DNA of 64,000 bases, taken from an uncultured Ruminococcus sp. (lineage in GTDB: Bacteria > Bacillota > Clostridia > Oscillospirales > Acutalibacteraceae). Below the pieces are notes generated by a model. It was given only the letters and a program-made list of their open reading frames with translations. It made no database searches and had not been told where the DNA came from. Below are positions 37,619 through 49,865 of this stretch, piece after piece; position 1 is the first letter of the stretch, and each line of letters starts with the position of its first letter. The stretch lies in contig CAZPOG010000001.1 of NCBI GenBank assembly GCA_964588105.1, positions 53-64,052 on the forward strand, read 5' to 3'. A program made the translations under genes and the position numbers.

Positions 37619-38380
37619 CTATTCCTTACATTTGTAAACTTTAATAGATTTCGTAGCTGATGCTTTTGTTTCATATTTTTCAGGGAAATTTTCAATAAGT
37701 TTTGTAAGTCGTTCAAAACCAAAAGACCGAACGTCAAAATCAGATTTTACACGTTTTATGTAGAACCCGGCATTACTAATAAAAGCATATCCATCATCAT
37801 CTTGATATGTTTCCCAGGCTAATCGAAGCAATTTGTGTATTTCATCAATCGGATTAATAGGTTGAGTTTCATCGGATTCCTTTCTTATTCTGTCATTGTC
37901 GTCTGATGCGTCCGCATCTTTTGTTTGCACCTTAATTTGCGATTTGTCAATGTTTTCTAACAAAACAAATTCATCACAACTGTTTTTAAAAGCTTCTGGC
38001 GTTTTATTTTCTCCTACTCCAATGACATATACACCAGATTCATGGAGATATATTGCTAATGGAGTATAATCGCTATCACTTGATACAATAACAAATCCAT
38101 CATAAATGCCTTTATGTAATAAATCCATAGCTCCAATAGTTAATGCTATATCCGTAGCATTCTTACCTGTTACATAGTCAAATTGTTGTTCAGGCTTAAT
38201 TGCTAATCTCTTTAATTCTGATTCCCAGTTTTTAAGATTATCCTTTTTCCAATTTGCATAAGCACGTTTAACAACTATGCGACCATGTTTAGATATTTCT
38301 TGAATAACACCTTCCAACTTTGACAACTGAGTATTATCAGCATCTATTAACAAAGCAATATGATCTAAATTGTCCTTCAT
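37619..38380 (-). CDS. NYN (LabA/DUF88) domain + OST-HTH/LOTUS protein
   Basis: LLIDADN, GKNATDI, VSSDSDY, VIGVG; C-terminal FDVRSFGFERLTKL. Confidence 0.9.
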   Translation of the reverse strand: MKDNLDHIALLIDADNTQLSKLEGVIQEISKHGRIVVKRAYANWKKDNLKNWESELKRLAIKPEQQFDYVTGKNATDIALTIGAMDLLHKGIYDGFVIVSSDSDYTPLAIYLHESGVYVIGVGENKTPEAFKNSCDEFVLLENIDKSQIKVQTKDADASDDNDRIRKESDETQPINPIDEIHKLLRLAWETYQDDDGYAFISNAGFYIKRVKSDFDVRSFGFERLTKLIENFPEKYETKASATKSIKVYKCKE

Positions 38381-38407
38381 TTTAATTCCTCTTTTCATAT
38401 ATTAGTT

Positions 38408-39478
38408 TTATATAAATGGAAGATTTGAATAATTTGCAAACTCCTTTTTTAATACTCTCCACTCTTCAATGAGTACTTTCCCATACTCGTCAATACCCAT
38501 AATATCAAAAACGAATTGTATGGCATCGTCATAATCGGTTTCATAATACGCAAAAATGTTCTTCTGTGCAATAATAGCTCCTTTAACTATTTCAATCCAA
38601 TCTTTATCACGTTCTTTACCAAATTGTTTACGTATAACATCCAAAAATAGACTAACTCTAGTGGATGCCGGAGGGTGAGTATAATTTTGTGGTTCTTCTG
38701 TTTTCCAATAATTGTTTTTAATCCCAACTAAATAGAATACACATTGTAACGCACAACCAACTAATCGGTAGATCTGATTCTTATCAAATACAATTATATT
38801 AATCTTTTGGTCGTTTATCAATTCACTTTCTAACACAGACGTAATATGACAAGCCGAGAACTCATCCGCATCAATTTCCATCACCTGAAGAGTCGTGTTA
38901 TCAATTTGTGACATTGTGTTTCCCATTGCAAATGATATAGCAGTTTCTCCATGGCGTTTTCTGTATTCTATATGTCCGCTTAACAGATGTCCAATTTCAT
39001 GAGCAATTATAATTTTCATCGCAATCATTGCGATATAATCTGTAATTATGTTAGTTTCGATAGAATCTGAAATGTAAATTAATGAGCTAATTATTTCCTC
39101 ATCTTTAACACTACGAATATCAAATTTATGAATTGTTTGATATTTAGGTTCTTCTTTCATGAGGATAGTCCGATAAACACAAGATAGAATAGATGCAAAT
39201 CTGTAAATTGATAATACTGTTCCTTCGAGAAAAACAATTTTATTCACTACGCCTTGTGAAAAGCAAAATGCGTCTATCTCTGCATTATAAAGATATTCAA
39301 CATCGCAGTCAATCTTGTGATTTGTTTGAATACATATTTTGTTAAGTAATTCTTTAGTGTATTTTTCGTAATAATCAAAAACAATTACAGGAGTATTTAC
39401 CGACTTAAAGAAACTAAACGGTGTATTACCGACTAATTTATTAAAATAGGTTATATCATCCTCATAATTGGTACTCAT
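38408..39478 (-). CDS. HExxH metallopeptidase, Lit/peptidase U49-like
   Basis: IDAF, AHEIGH...GH, MEIDADEFS, THPPASTR motifs. Confidence 0.7.
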   Translation of the reverse strand: MSTNYEDDITYFNKLVGNTPFSFFKSVNTPVIVFDYYEKYTKELLNKICIQTNHKIDCDVEYLYNAEIDAFCFSQGVVNKIVFLEGTVLSIYRFASILSCVYRTILMKEEPKYQTIHKFDIRSVKDEEIISSLIYISDSIETNIITDYIAMIAMKIIIAHEIGHLLSGHIEYRKRHGETAISFAMGNTMSQIDNTTLQVMEIDADEFSACHITSVLESELINDQKINIIVFDKNQIYRLVGCALQCVFYLVGIKNNYWKTEEPQNYTHPPASTRVSLFLDVIRKQFGKERDKDWIEIVKGAIIAQKNIFAYYETDYDDAIQFVFDIMGIDEYGKVLIEEWRVLKKEFANYSNLPFI

Positions 39479-40055
39479 ATAAATCACCTATTTTTTTAAA
39501 TATGTTTTTATCAGATAAAACGTTAAGAATTCTAGTTATTTGTTTATCTGTGCATGTACATTCTTCATCAATTCTAAACCTACATTTATAATTCTTATTA
39601 CAACACTTACCGTTGTATTTTTCTAACAATTTATCATTAACGTACTTTTCTTTACTACATGCTGATTCTTTAACTATACACTTATGACCTTCTCGTTCGT
39701 TTAGTTTTACAATAACTCGTCCGTTTAATCCGATGGCGTTTACAAATAATTGAGCGAATCCACGAGTTAGTGTTATATCAAGTAGTAAAGCTACAACAAA
39801 AATAGTTGAAAGTTTCAAGTTAATATAAATATTGGTTTGAGGAACCATAAAGTTCATTATCCCTTCTTTACACTCGGGATATACAATAGAAAAATCGATC
39901 TTTTCGTTTTCGTCTAAAAAATCAGTATGGCACTTTATGTATGTTAGTACTTGTTCTGCATCATCCATATTTTCTATACCGTAGTTTGACAATGTATCAT
40001 ATACTTTAGCTTTTGAACCTGAAACCAAAATTCGATTATTAGGGATTTGTTTCAT
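39462..40055 (-). CDS. hypothetical protein with Cys-rich C-terminus
   Basis: GAGG RBS; overlaps the peptidase start; C-terminal CCNKNYKC...ECTC. Confidence 0.65.
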   Translation of the reverse strand: MKQIPNNRILVSGSKAKVYDTLSNYGIENMDDAEQVLTYIKCHTDFLDENEKIDFSIVYPECKEGIMNFMVPQTNIYINLKLSTIFVVALLLDITLTRGFAQLFVNAIGLNGRVIVKLNEREGHKCIVKESACSKEKYVNDKLLEKYNGKCCNKNYKCRFRIDEECTCTDKQITRILNVLSDKNIFKKIGDLYEYQL

Positions 40056-40260
40056 ATATTTTACCTCTTTTTTCACATTATATATAAATTATATCATATA
40101 AAAACGAATAATAAAATGTATTAAACCACAAAATCATAAAGCTACCAATTGTTGAAAGTATCTAAAAAAACACATACAATTTTGTGAACAAAGAATTTAA
40201 TTTATTATATAAAAACTCGCCCTAAATCTTTAGGACGAGATCCTTATAATGTGATTATTA

Positions 40261-41328
40261 TTATATTTTCTTTGCTTTTATAACAAAAGCCGTAGGCAAC
40301 ATCAATGCTTTCTTACCGAAATCCGAATCAGCAGCAATCGCCTTTTCTCTGTCAGTTTCTTCCACAAACTGTTCGATAGCAAATCCGTTATTTGCTAAAG
40401 TATTGATATATGTACTTAACATGCGATTTGAAAGGATTATTTGTTTATCGCTCATATCCGCACGATACCATTCCTCATTGAAATAGGAATTGCTGAAAAC
40501 AAGTTGTCCGTTTTCGATTGACACACACTTGTGGATTGGGTGCGACCAGCCGAAAACAAATATCCCATTATCTTTCAGATATGAGTTGATAAGTTTGAAT
40601 GTAATATCTAAATCTGTACTCCAACCTATTCCGTAAACAGAATAAACAATGTCAAAATAATCTGTCGGCAAACCACATTCCTTTTCCATAGGAGAGCAAA
40701 TAAGTTGAACGGATAAACCTTTGGATTCAAGATATTCGTTTGTTCTTGCAATTTGATTAGCGGAAATATCTATACCCCATAAATCTGTTGCTCCGCATTT
40801 AGCGGCATATTCCAACGAATGACCGTTACCACAACCTATTTCAAGAACTCGTTTTCCCGACAAATCCCCAAGTAAATTAAGCTTATCCTCCGACGGCAAA
40901 AAGCCACCCCAACTCGGCAGAGCAGTTGTACCTAAAAAACCACTTCCAATAGTATTCCAAAACTCAATATTTGTTCGGTGAGCAATTTTTGAATCTATAT
41001 CAACATTCTCAGATTGTCCTAATACCTTACCACCAACAATGTTCTTTTTCGTTGATGTTGCTTCTTTAATCAGTTTCATCATATTTTCCTCAGCTTTCTG
41101 TTTATAGTCAGCGTCGGTCAGTTTCTCGCCCGAAAACAACTCATTAAGATTGATTTTCAGAATATCGCAAATTGGTAGCATAAGAGATATATCCGGCATT
41201 CCATTGCCGCATTCCCATTTACTGACGGATTTATCACTAATACCAAGTAGCTCGGCAAACTCACGTTGAGTTAATCCTTGCTCTTTCCTCATTTCAGCAA
41301 TGAATCTTCCGATTTTTGCCTGATCCAT
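40261..41328 (-). CDS. XRE HTH fused to class I SAM methyltransferase
   Basis: MDQAKIG..RKEQGLTQ..SVSKWECG; VLEIGCGNG. Confidence 0.88.
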   Translation of the reverse strand: MDQAKIGRFIAEMRKEQGLTQREFAELLGISDKSVSKWECGNGMPDISLMLPICDILKINLNELFSGEKLTDADYKQKAEENMMKLIKEATSTKKNIVGGKVLGQSENVDIDSKIAHRTNIEFWNTIGSGFLGTTALPSWGGFLPSEDKLNLLGDLSGKRVLEIGCGNGHSLEYAAKCGATDLWGIDISANQIARTNEYLESKGLSVQLICSPMEKECGLPTDYFDIVYSVYGIGWSTDLDITFKLINSYLKDNGIFVFGWSHPIHKCVSIENGQLVFSNSYFNEEWYRADMSDKQIILSNRMLSTYINTLANNGFAIEQFVEETDREKAIAADSDFGKKALMLPTAFVIKAKKI

Positions 41329-41403
41329 ACCGACACCGCCTTTCTTGATGATATTATATGATAAAATTGTTGTATATCACACCTACTAATAGTAGAGTAA
41401 ATG

Positions 41404-41922
41404 CTAATTCCAATGATTAAAATATGAAGATTCTATTTTCAAAGCGTATTCTTGCTTATTTATGTTTCTATGTATTATTATCATAAATCCTGCTTCATAA
41501 CAGTAATGATAACTATAATCGACAAGGTTTTTTAATCTTTCTTTATCCGAGTCCAAATTGAATCTTTTATAGTCCTTTTTCATTTCAATACATATCAAAT
41601 TGCTAAAGCCATAGTTTTCATCGTAACCTCTCTTATGAACAATTAAGTCGACGACGATTTTTTTATAGTTAAGTATTTTGGGGTTATTCTCAATTCCCTC
41701 GCTGCCACGATTGTATTCGACATCAACCATATAATCTGCAAATCCAAAATTTTTTAACTCATTTTCCAGATAGCGAGCAAAACGAGCACAAATACATCTT
41801 TCACTTAAATCTCTGGATATTAAATATTCTTCTGCTTCATTGAATGTTGAGATTGCTCGTTGAACTAATTCTTTGCATTTCAATTGTCTCTCATTTATAT
41901 CTTGCATTTCATCCTCCGGCAT
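41404..41922 (-). CDS. hypothetical protein, possible PD-(D/E)XK fold
   Basis: SER.....A, VDVEYNR, VDLIVH, IEMKK pattern. Confidence 0.55.
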   Translation of the reverse strand: MPEDEMQDINERQLKCKELVQRAISTFNEAEEYLISRDLSERCICARFARYLENELKNFGFADYMVDVEYNRGSEGIENNPKILNYKKIVVDLIVHKRGYDENYGFSNLICIEMKKDYKRFNLDSDKERLKNLVDYSYHYCYEAGFMIIIHRNINKQEYALKIESSYFNHWN

Positions 41923-41924
41923 AA

Positions 41925-42695
41925 TTACTTGTTTTTCGCCAAATACAAGTCAATCGTATCATATATATTGATTTTGCCGCCAACTTCATCAATCGCTTGT
42001 TTCATTTCCTGCTCAAACGCAAGTCTTTTCTGTTCCGGCAAAGCGTTATGATCAGAATAAGTTCTGATTAGATTCACATATTCCTCACTTGCCAGCGTTC
42101 TTGTGCGCCGATATATTTTTGATTGTATATCAGTGAATCCGAATTGAGCAAGCTCGTTGATTATGACTTGACATTTGGATTCATCAAACTGTATCGGCGT
42201 CTTATCATTTGGTCGGTATTTTTGATAAACCGCTATACTTGCACGATTTGTTTCATCGTTTACATTGCTGACAAACGGGTGATTCCAAAACAAAGCGAGA
42301 ACCCCGTTAGGCTTTATTAATGTTTTGATTTTTGCATAGCCGCTGTCTTTTGGTATCCAGTGAAAAGCAGTTGCGCTGAATATCATATCATAACCGTTTT
42401 CGGGTAAATCTGCTTTGAGAAAATCCGAAATAATGATGTTGAATTTCTCGAATGCAGAAAACTTATGTTTGCAGTACTTAGCTAATCTGTCACCTAATTC
42501 AACAGCGGTTAGGTTGCAACCCTTTTGAAGAAACGGTAAGGTTGCTTGTCCTGTGCCGATACCGATTTCAAGAACAATACTGCCGGAACAAAGGTTTGCA
42601 TAATCAAAAATGTCCTCAAAGAGCTCACTCGGATAATCAGGGCGAGTTTTATCATAGTTGTATTCGTCTTTATTAAAGGTAGTCCGTAAGTCCAT
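41925..42695 (-). CDS. class I SAM methyltransferase
   Basis: RPDYP, VLEIGIGTG, FSATAFHW. Confidence 0.9.
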   Translation of the reverse strand: MDLRTTFNKDEYNYDKTRPDYPSELFEDIFDYANLCSGSIVLEIGIGTGQATLPFLQKGCNLTAVELGDRLAKYCKHKFSAFEKFNIIISDFLKADLPENGYDMIFSATAFHWIPKDSGYAKIKTLIKPNGVLALFWNHPFVSNVNDETNRASIAVYQKYRPNDKTPIQFDESKCQVIINELAQFGFTDIQSKIYRRTRTLASEEYVNLIRTYSDHNALPEQKRLAFEQEMKQAIDEVGGKINIYDTIDLYLAKNK

Positions 42696-42697
42696 CG

Positions 42698-43357
42698 TTA
42701 TCCCTTTAGCTTTCTCATTGCTTTTGCGTGAATCCTATCGTGCCAGATAAATCTGCGAAAGAGTTTACGCAGCGTCCATTGTTTGTTATAGCTTCCGTCA
42801 TAGATAATATTGTCAAGATAATGTGGCGTTTTCTCTAATGCCTCAAACGCTCTTTTCCTGCAACCAAATATATCTCCGTCATTATCAGCTTTAATTCCTA
42901 TTTCACCGAAATAATAATCGTTGACATTCTTAGTGTGTTCATACATTTCATTTGCAGTTCTCGGAACAGCGCCGTAAAAGGTTTCCCTTTGTGGCAAATT
43001 CGAATAGTCTTTATTGGGTATGGAATGATAGAGTTGAAGGAAATCGTGAGCCGATTTTAAGCACAATTCCTTTAGTATTTCATATTCATTTTGAGTAAGC
43101 GATTTTTTCTCGCTCTCAAAAAGCACATCTGTATCAGCGTCACGGATATTTAATTTACAACTATAATCTTCAATTATTTGTATTACAATATCTTTGGGCA
43201 AATTGATGTTTGCCCACTCGCAATAATCATTGATTTCATCAGATACTTTTGAAATTGCAATATCAAGGTTTTCTCCACGAGTAAATGCTCCAACAAAATT
43301 TTCAATATACAACAGCATATCGTTGCCGTTATGTTCCCATATACAATTAATAACCAC
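42698..43357 (-). CDS. hypothetical protein (HicB-like N-terminus, DinB-like C-terminus)
   Basis: GAFTRGENL.IA; WTLRKLFRRFIWHDRIH. Confidence 0.6.
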   Translation of the reverse strand: MVINCIWEHNGNDMLLYIENFVGAFTRGENLDIAISKVSDEINDYCEWANINLPKDIVIQIIEDYSCKLNIRDADTDVLFESEKKSLTQNEYEILKELCLKSAHDFLQLYHSIPNKDYSNLPQRETFYGAVPRTANEMYEHTKNVNDYYFGEIGIKADNDGDIFGCRKRAFEALEKTPHYLDNIIYDGSYNKQWTLRKLFRRFIWHDRIHAKAMRKLKG

Positions 43358-43361
43358 TTCT

Positions 43362-43844
43362 TCACCTTATCTTTGAAATCGTTTCTATTATTTTTGCGAA
43401 AAACAAATCCATATTATTAATGTTTTTCAAAAATGGGATGTGAATAAATACCATTTTTGTTTTCAGATTATACTGCTGAATAAAGTCCAAGCTGTTATAA
43501 TAAAGGCAGTTACAATATGATGTTCCCGTATTATGTGAAATCTTTGATGAGAGTCTATTTGATTCAAATACACTCTGTAATCGTTTACAATCAAAGTTTG
43601 TTTCTATTGCAGTTTTTCCGTTTCTTGCAGTTGTTTCAATATGAACTTTGTTCTTGATGTTCGGTCTTTGTCCAAAACTGAAAATATAGTCATATTTTTC
43701 GTTCGCAATCGCATTAATTAACTTTTCTGAATCCTTAACCTTATTGTTCGGCAAAATTAACGTATCAAATCCATTTGATCTTTCAATTAGCTGTTCTGCT
43801 GAACTTCCCCTAAATACAGTAAGTAATACTTTTGATTCGATCAT
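43362..43844 (-). CDS. pyroglutamyl peptidase I (C15)-like protein
   Basis: VLLTVF, SFGQ, IETTARN, GTSYCN, FIHIP. Confidence 0.7.
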   Translation of the reverse strand: MIESKVLLTVFRGSSAEQLIERSNGFDTLILPNNKVKDSEKLINAIANEKYDYIFSFGQRPNIKNKVHIETTARNGKTAIETNFDCKRLQSVFESNRLSSKISHNTGTSYCNCLYYNSLDFIQQYNLKTKMVFIHIPFLKNINNMDLFFAKIIETISKIR

Positions 43845-43956
43845 TTTTCAATTCATCTTTCAAATAATTTATACTTCAATGATACCATAAAAGCAGAATA
43901 TTAGCAACAAAAAATGCCGCCAAGCAGGAATTATCCTACTTGACGGCGGTATCAAT

Positions 43957-45654
43957 TCATCGCTCCTGCTCGTGCGGCTTTCTGTTTCTCTTCTGTTGTT
44001 GTGCTTGCCTGCGCTGCTGATAAGCGTATTCACGGACGGCTCGCATATCAATATCATCGTCGAGCTTCATATCTGCGTCACGGACGCTGCTGAAAAATGT
44101 GCTGCGGGAGAAATGCTCGCCGTATGAATTTGAAATCTGATTGAGGGCATTGCGTTCTTTATTTGGACGAATATCCAAACGAGCCTTTCCAAATTCGCCT
44201 GCAATGAATTCTTTGGCTTGCTCCTTGTATTCATCGTATTGCTGTAAGGCTTCGTTCAGCTCGGCGGTGTATTTTTCTTCTCGTTTGTCTAACTCTGCAA
44301 GGGCTGATTCCATTCTGTCAAGACTGTCATTGACCGTAGATACATCTTTATCGTCGGTACGTTCCATAGCGATAAGCAAGCGAGCCTTTTCGGATTTCAG
44401 TTCTTCAATTTCTTCTGTCAGCTCAGCGATACGACGAACTAAATCACGGTGAGTGATGACCTTGATAACGGGAGTGGATTTCTTCTCGGCTTGAAGCTCC
44501 TTCCGTTCTTTTTTCTTTACAGCGATCTGCTTAACAATACCTTTGTAGCCTTCATAATTCGCTTTCAATTCCTTAACATAATCGGTAATATTGCGCTTTC
44601 CGATTTTGGTGTGCAGGATATGATAGCTGATAACAATAACCTTCTCACGCAGAGATTCCATCGCTTCGGCAAGAGTGGGCACGGTGTTTTTGACCGCCTG
44701 TGAGATCTTCGCAAACGTAGCTTTCAGCTCTCGGAGCAAAGCGTTGTCTACTTTGATTCGACGGTTGATTTCGCAACGGTCAGCTATCAATCCTTTGTGC
44801 TCCATAGCTTGTGCAACATAACCTTCGTGAATTGTCGGCTGTTCGTATATCCCTCTGGCGGCGTTGCTGCGGTGGTCGATGCGAGCGTCGGAGCGATTTG
44901 CCTCATCAAGATATTTGTTCGTGGTCTGCGCCCAATTCTCACGCCAAGCGATAAGCTGCTCGTCGCTGTTCCAACGGGCGGTGATCGGATTCTGCCGTCC
45001 AAATTTTCTGCTTTTCGGATATTTGTTGGCTCGTTCATAGCCGTGCCGCTCCGCTTCTGATGGTGGCATATACACCTTCTTTTTGCCGACATAATATTGA
45101 TATTGCTTCTCCCAACCCTTTGATTTCGCTTGCAGAAACTCGGCGGCTGTGAAGCCCTTTTCCTCTCCGTTACGCTTGCAAAGGTATTCCTTTTCAGTTT
45201 TATACTGCCACTTGCCTTTATCGTTTAACGGTCTGACAGTCAGCATAATATGAGCGTGAGGATTGTGCCCGTCGGTGTCGTGGATGGCAACGTCTGCGCA
45301 CATTCCGTCCGCAACGAAGTTGCTTTGGATATAACCTGTCAGCAGATTTATCCATTGTTCTTTGCCGAGTTCAACGGGCAGAGCGACAACCAACTCACGG
45401 GCGAGTCGACTGTCCTTTGTCTTTTCGGTACGTTCAACTGCGTTCCATAATTCACTACGATCCTGCCACTCTTGCGGAGCGTTTTCGGGTAAAAAGATAT
45501 GCTCCCATACAAGCCCTTGCTTGCGTGTGAAGTCGTGGAGAACACCGTCATAGTCGTTCAAAATCTTGGAGCAGCTCATATATGCGGAAGCCGCAACAGC
45601 GCTTCTGCCTGTACTGCGGCTGATAACTTTTGCTTCTAAATGGTAAATTGCCAT
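43957..45654 (-). CDS. mobA: MobA/MobL (MOBQ) relaxase
   Basis: MAIYHL, SAVAASAY, LARE..VALP, AIHDTDGHNPHAHIMLT. Confidence 0.95.
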   Translation of the reverse strand: MAIYHLEAKVISRSTGRSAVAASAYMSCSKILNDYDGVLHDFTRKQGLVWEHIFLPENAPQEWQDRSELWNAVERTEKTKDSRLARELVVALPVELGKEQWINLLTGYIQSNFVADGMCADVAIHDTDGHNPHAHIMLTVRPLNDKGKWQYKTEKEYLCKRNGEEKGFTAAEFLQAKSKGWEKQYQYYVGKKKVYMPPSEAERHGYERANKYPKSRKFGRQNPITARWNSDEQLIAWRENWAQTTNKYLDEANRSDARIDHRSNAARGIYEQPTIHEGYVAQAMEHKGLIADRCEINRRIKVDNALLRELKATFAKISQAVKNTVPTLAEAMESLREKVIVISYHILHTKIGKRNITDYVKELKANYEGYKGIVKQIAVKKKERKELQAEKKSTPVIKVITHRDLVRRIAELTEEIEELKSEKARLLIAMERTDDKDVSTVNDSLDRMESALAELDKREEKYTAELNEALQQYDEYKEQAKEFIAGEFGKARLDIRPNKERNALNQISNSYGEHFSRSTFFSSVRDADMKLDDDIDMRAVREYAYQQRRQAQQQKRNRKPHEQER

Positions 45655-45969
45655 TCTTGTAAATCACACCTTTCGGACAGTATTTTTGTTTCTTTTGCAA
45701 CGTGACGTTGCATCCAATCCGCCTTTGAAAAACTGAGATGGATAGATCAAGTTTCTGCAACGGCGGGTCAAAAAGTATTGCGAAAACGGTTGAGCAATAC
45801 AGGGTGTCGCCGCAGCGATACCCACGCTGTCAAGGCTGTGGTACAGCGTTGACAATGCGGTTGTCGGACTGGCAACCGCACGGAAGTTGGCGGCTCTGCG
45901 GCAGCTTCCGCAAGGCTCCGACGGAGCCGCAACCCTCGGAGAGCGCACGGTTTCAACAAATGTTGAAAT

Positions 45970-46022
45970 ACCACCGCTGTCCAAACTTTGCAAGTTTTGG
46001 CAGTGGTGAGTAAGTGCGCCCT
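45970..46022 (+). promoter_or_regulatory. MOBQ-type oriT
   Basis: TAAGTGCGCCCT (46011-46022) immediately after an inverted repeat, matching the RSF1010-family nic consensus. Confidence 0.85.
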
Positions 46023-46075
46023 TCGGGATAAAAGAAGAAACGCTCCGATTACTCGAAGCGTTCCGTTGATAATGA

Positions 46076-46291
46076 TTATTTGATTAGACTGCATAGATAG
46101 CTCTCCAACTGTTCTAATGACATCTCCCGTACTTGTGGAATAGCTTTCTCTAAAATAGCACCCTCTTGGATAAGCCGGTGTGTTCGTGCCGCTCGCTCTT
46201 TCACACGGTTGCGAGCCTGTGCTTCTTCCAGTCGGTGCTTTGCCTGTATGATTTCTTTTTCTGTGTATTTTAACAATTTGTATTCCTCCAA
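46076..46291 (-). CDS. DUF3847-like small protein (mobilisation accessory)
   Basis: ERAARTHRLIQEGAILE motif; upstream of mobA. Confidence 0.7.
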   Translation of the reverse strand: MEEYKLLKYTEKEIIQAKHRLEEAQARNRVKERAARTHRLIQEGAILEKAIPQVREMSLEQLESYLCSLIK

Positions 46292-46293
46292 TC

Positions 46294-46330
46294 AAAAAGG
46301 CGGCTTGTGAAATTGCTCTCACAAGCCGCC
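46294..46330 (-). terminator. terminator after the recombinase
   Basis: GGCGGCTTGTGA / TCACAAGCCGCC plus T-run on the minus strand. Confidence 0.7.
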
Positions 46331-46344
46331 GCAGCGTTAATTGA

Positions 46345-48463
<2,119 letters not shown>

Positions 48464-48611
48464 TGAAAATTGAAATAGATTTGTGTATAATAAAAGTCAG
48501 TCAGTTCCTTGATCAGTAACCCCTAAACTGAAACATTGATAAAAACACCTTAGCTGCGCAAAAATGCTCTCCAAAAGCCGCTTGAACAGTGGCTTTCAGA
48601 GAGCAAAAGCG

Positions 48612-48968
48612 TTACATTTCAGACTTGTTTGCTCGGTGCTTTCTCACACGTTCTGCTGTTTGCCGACGGCGAGCTTCTGCGGCACATTGCTCTGAACAAT
48701 ACGCCTTTCGTCCAACAGAAGCAAAGAGCTTGCCGCATTGTTGGCACTTCTTAGTGGGTATGCCTTTGAACAAAGCGAACAACTCGGCGTCGGTAGGTAA
48801 TACAGCTTGCTCGTAATACTTGCACAGCTTGCTGTCGGTAAAGCCTACGCTGAACATATAGCACTCCGTTTCAAGCGGCAGGCAGCCGTACTCTTTGCTG
48901 TAGTTGGCGCAACATTTAGTAACGTGTTTTCTGATACGGTTTTTATCTCTTTTTGATAATTCTGCCAT
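48612..48968 (-). CDS. cysteine-rich VLP-domain protein
   Basis: CCANY..GCLPL..C...CKYY..AVLP.D; C-terminal Zn finger. Confidence 0.75.
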   Translation of the reverse strand: MAELSKRDKNRIRKHVTKCCANYSKEYGCLPLETECYMFSVGFTDSKLCKYYEQAVLPTDAELFALFKGIPTKKCQQCGKLFASVGRKAYCSEQCAAEARRRQTAERVRKHRANKSEM

Positions 48969-49109
48969 AACGTTTCCTCCTTCTTTATTGATAGAAGTAA
49001 TCTGAAAAAAGGAAAACAGATTACCTCTCCATATATAGGAGAAATTCGGTACGGTTTGCGGAACTGTTTTTGAAAAAAATTTAAGAAATTTTGCGGGAGG
49101 TGATTTGCG

Positions 49110-49826
49110 GTGGATGATTACGAGGATATTTTGTCGGAACAGGAAGAAGAACAGCTCGCCAAAGCGTTAGCCGACGAACATCAGGCTGAATTAGAAGTAC
49201 AGCTCGAACAGGACGAGCAGCCGCCGCAGATTGACGAGCCGCCCGAAACCAAAAAGCTGAAAAGAGATTTACAGCGTGAAGCGCTCGACAGATTGGAGAA
49301 CGCCGCAAGGACAACCGCTGATTTTCAGAATGTGGTATCTTGGTGGAATCGTCTTGACAGTAACCGTGAGCGCAGGGAGCGTTATCACGAAGTCAGCCGG
49401 AGCGGTTTGGATATTCCGCTTGATTACGGTGCCGCGCTTGACGGCGAGGTTATTCCTTACGATGTCAATGATGTGCTGATAAAACAAATCCGCAAGGGCG
49501 ATTATATTGACGCAATCTTTCATTGTCCGTTTGAGATAAACGAATTGGTGACTGACGGCGAACTTTCAAAGATATTGAACAATTTATCCGATGATCACAA
49601 GGAAATTATCTTTAACAATATCGTGCGAGGGACAAGTACAAAAGCTCTCGGCAAAATCAGAGAGCAATCCGACAGAAATATCCGTAAGGTCAGAGCGACC
49701 GCCTTGAAGAAGATAAATAATGCATTACTGAAAGTGTTATTGAGCCGCAAAGAAAAAGGGTTTCCTCTCACGATGGAAGAAAAGCAGTTAATAGAAAAAG
49801 CCCTTGACGGTAGCAAGGGCAGTTAG
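49110..49826 (+). CDS. sigma-70 region 4-like regulator
   Basis: GGAGG RBS; C-terminal LSDDHKEI...STKALG...SDRNIRK HTH. Confidence 0.65.
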   Translation: MDDYEDILSEQEEEQLAKALADEHQAELEVQLEQDEQPPQIDEPPETKKLKRDLQREALDRLENAARTTADFQNVVSWWNRLDSNRERRERYHEVSRSGLDIPLDYGAALDGEVIPYDVNDVLIKQIRKGDYIDAIFHCPFEINELVTDGELSKILNNLSDDHKEIIFNNIVRGTSTKALGKIREQSDRNIRKVRATALKKINNALLKVLLSRKEKGFPLTMEEKQLIEKALDGSKGS

Positions 49827-49832
49827 TATAAT
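49804..49832 (+). promoter_or_regulatory. sigma70 promoter
   Basis: TTGACG-17-TATAAT. Confidence 0.75.
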
Positions 49833-49865
49833 GGTAATATATTATTCTGATTTCAGATTACACTG

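Noticed and set aside
45664-46322. ORFs 45664-45993, 45738-46013 and 45768-46322
   Set aside because: They overlap the oriT/promoter region and the DUF3847-like gene, with no protein-like features.
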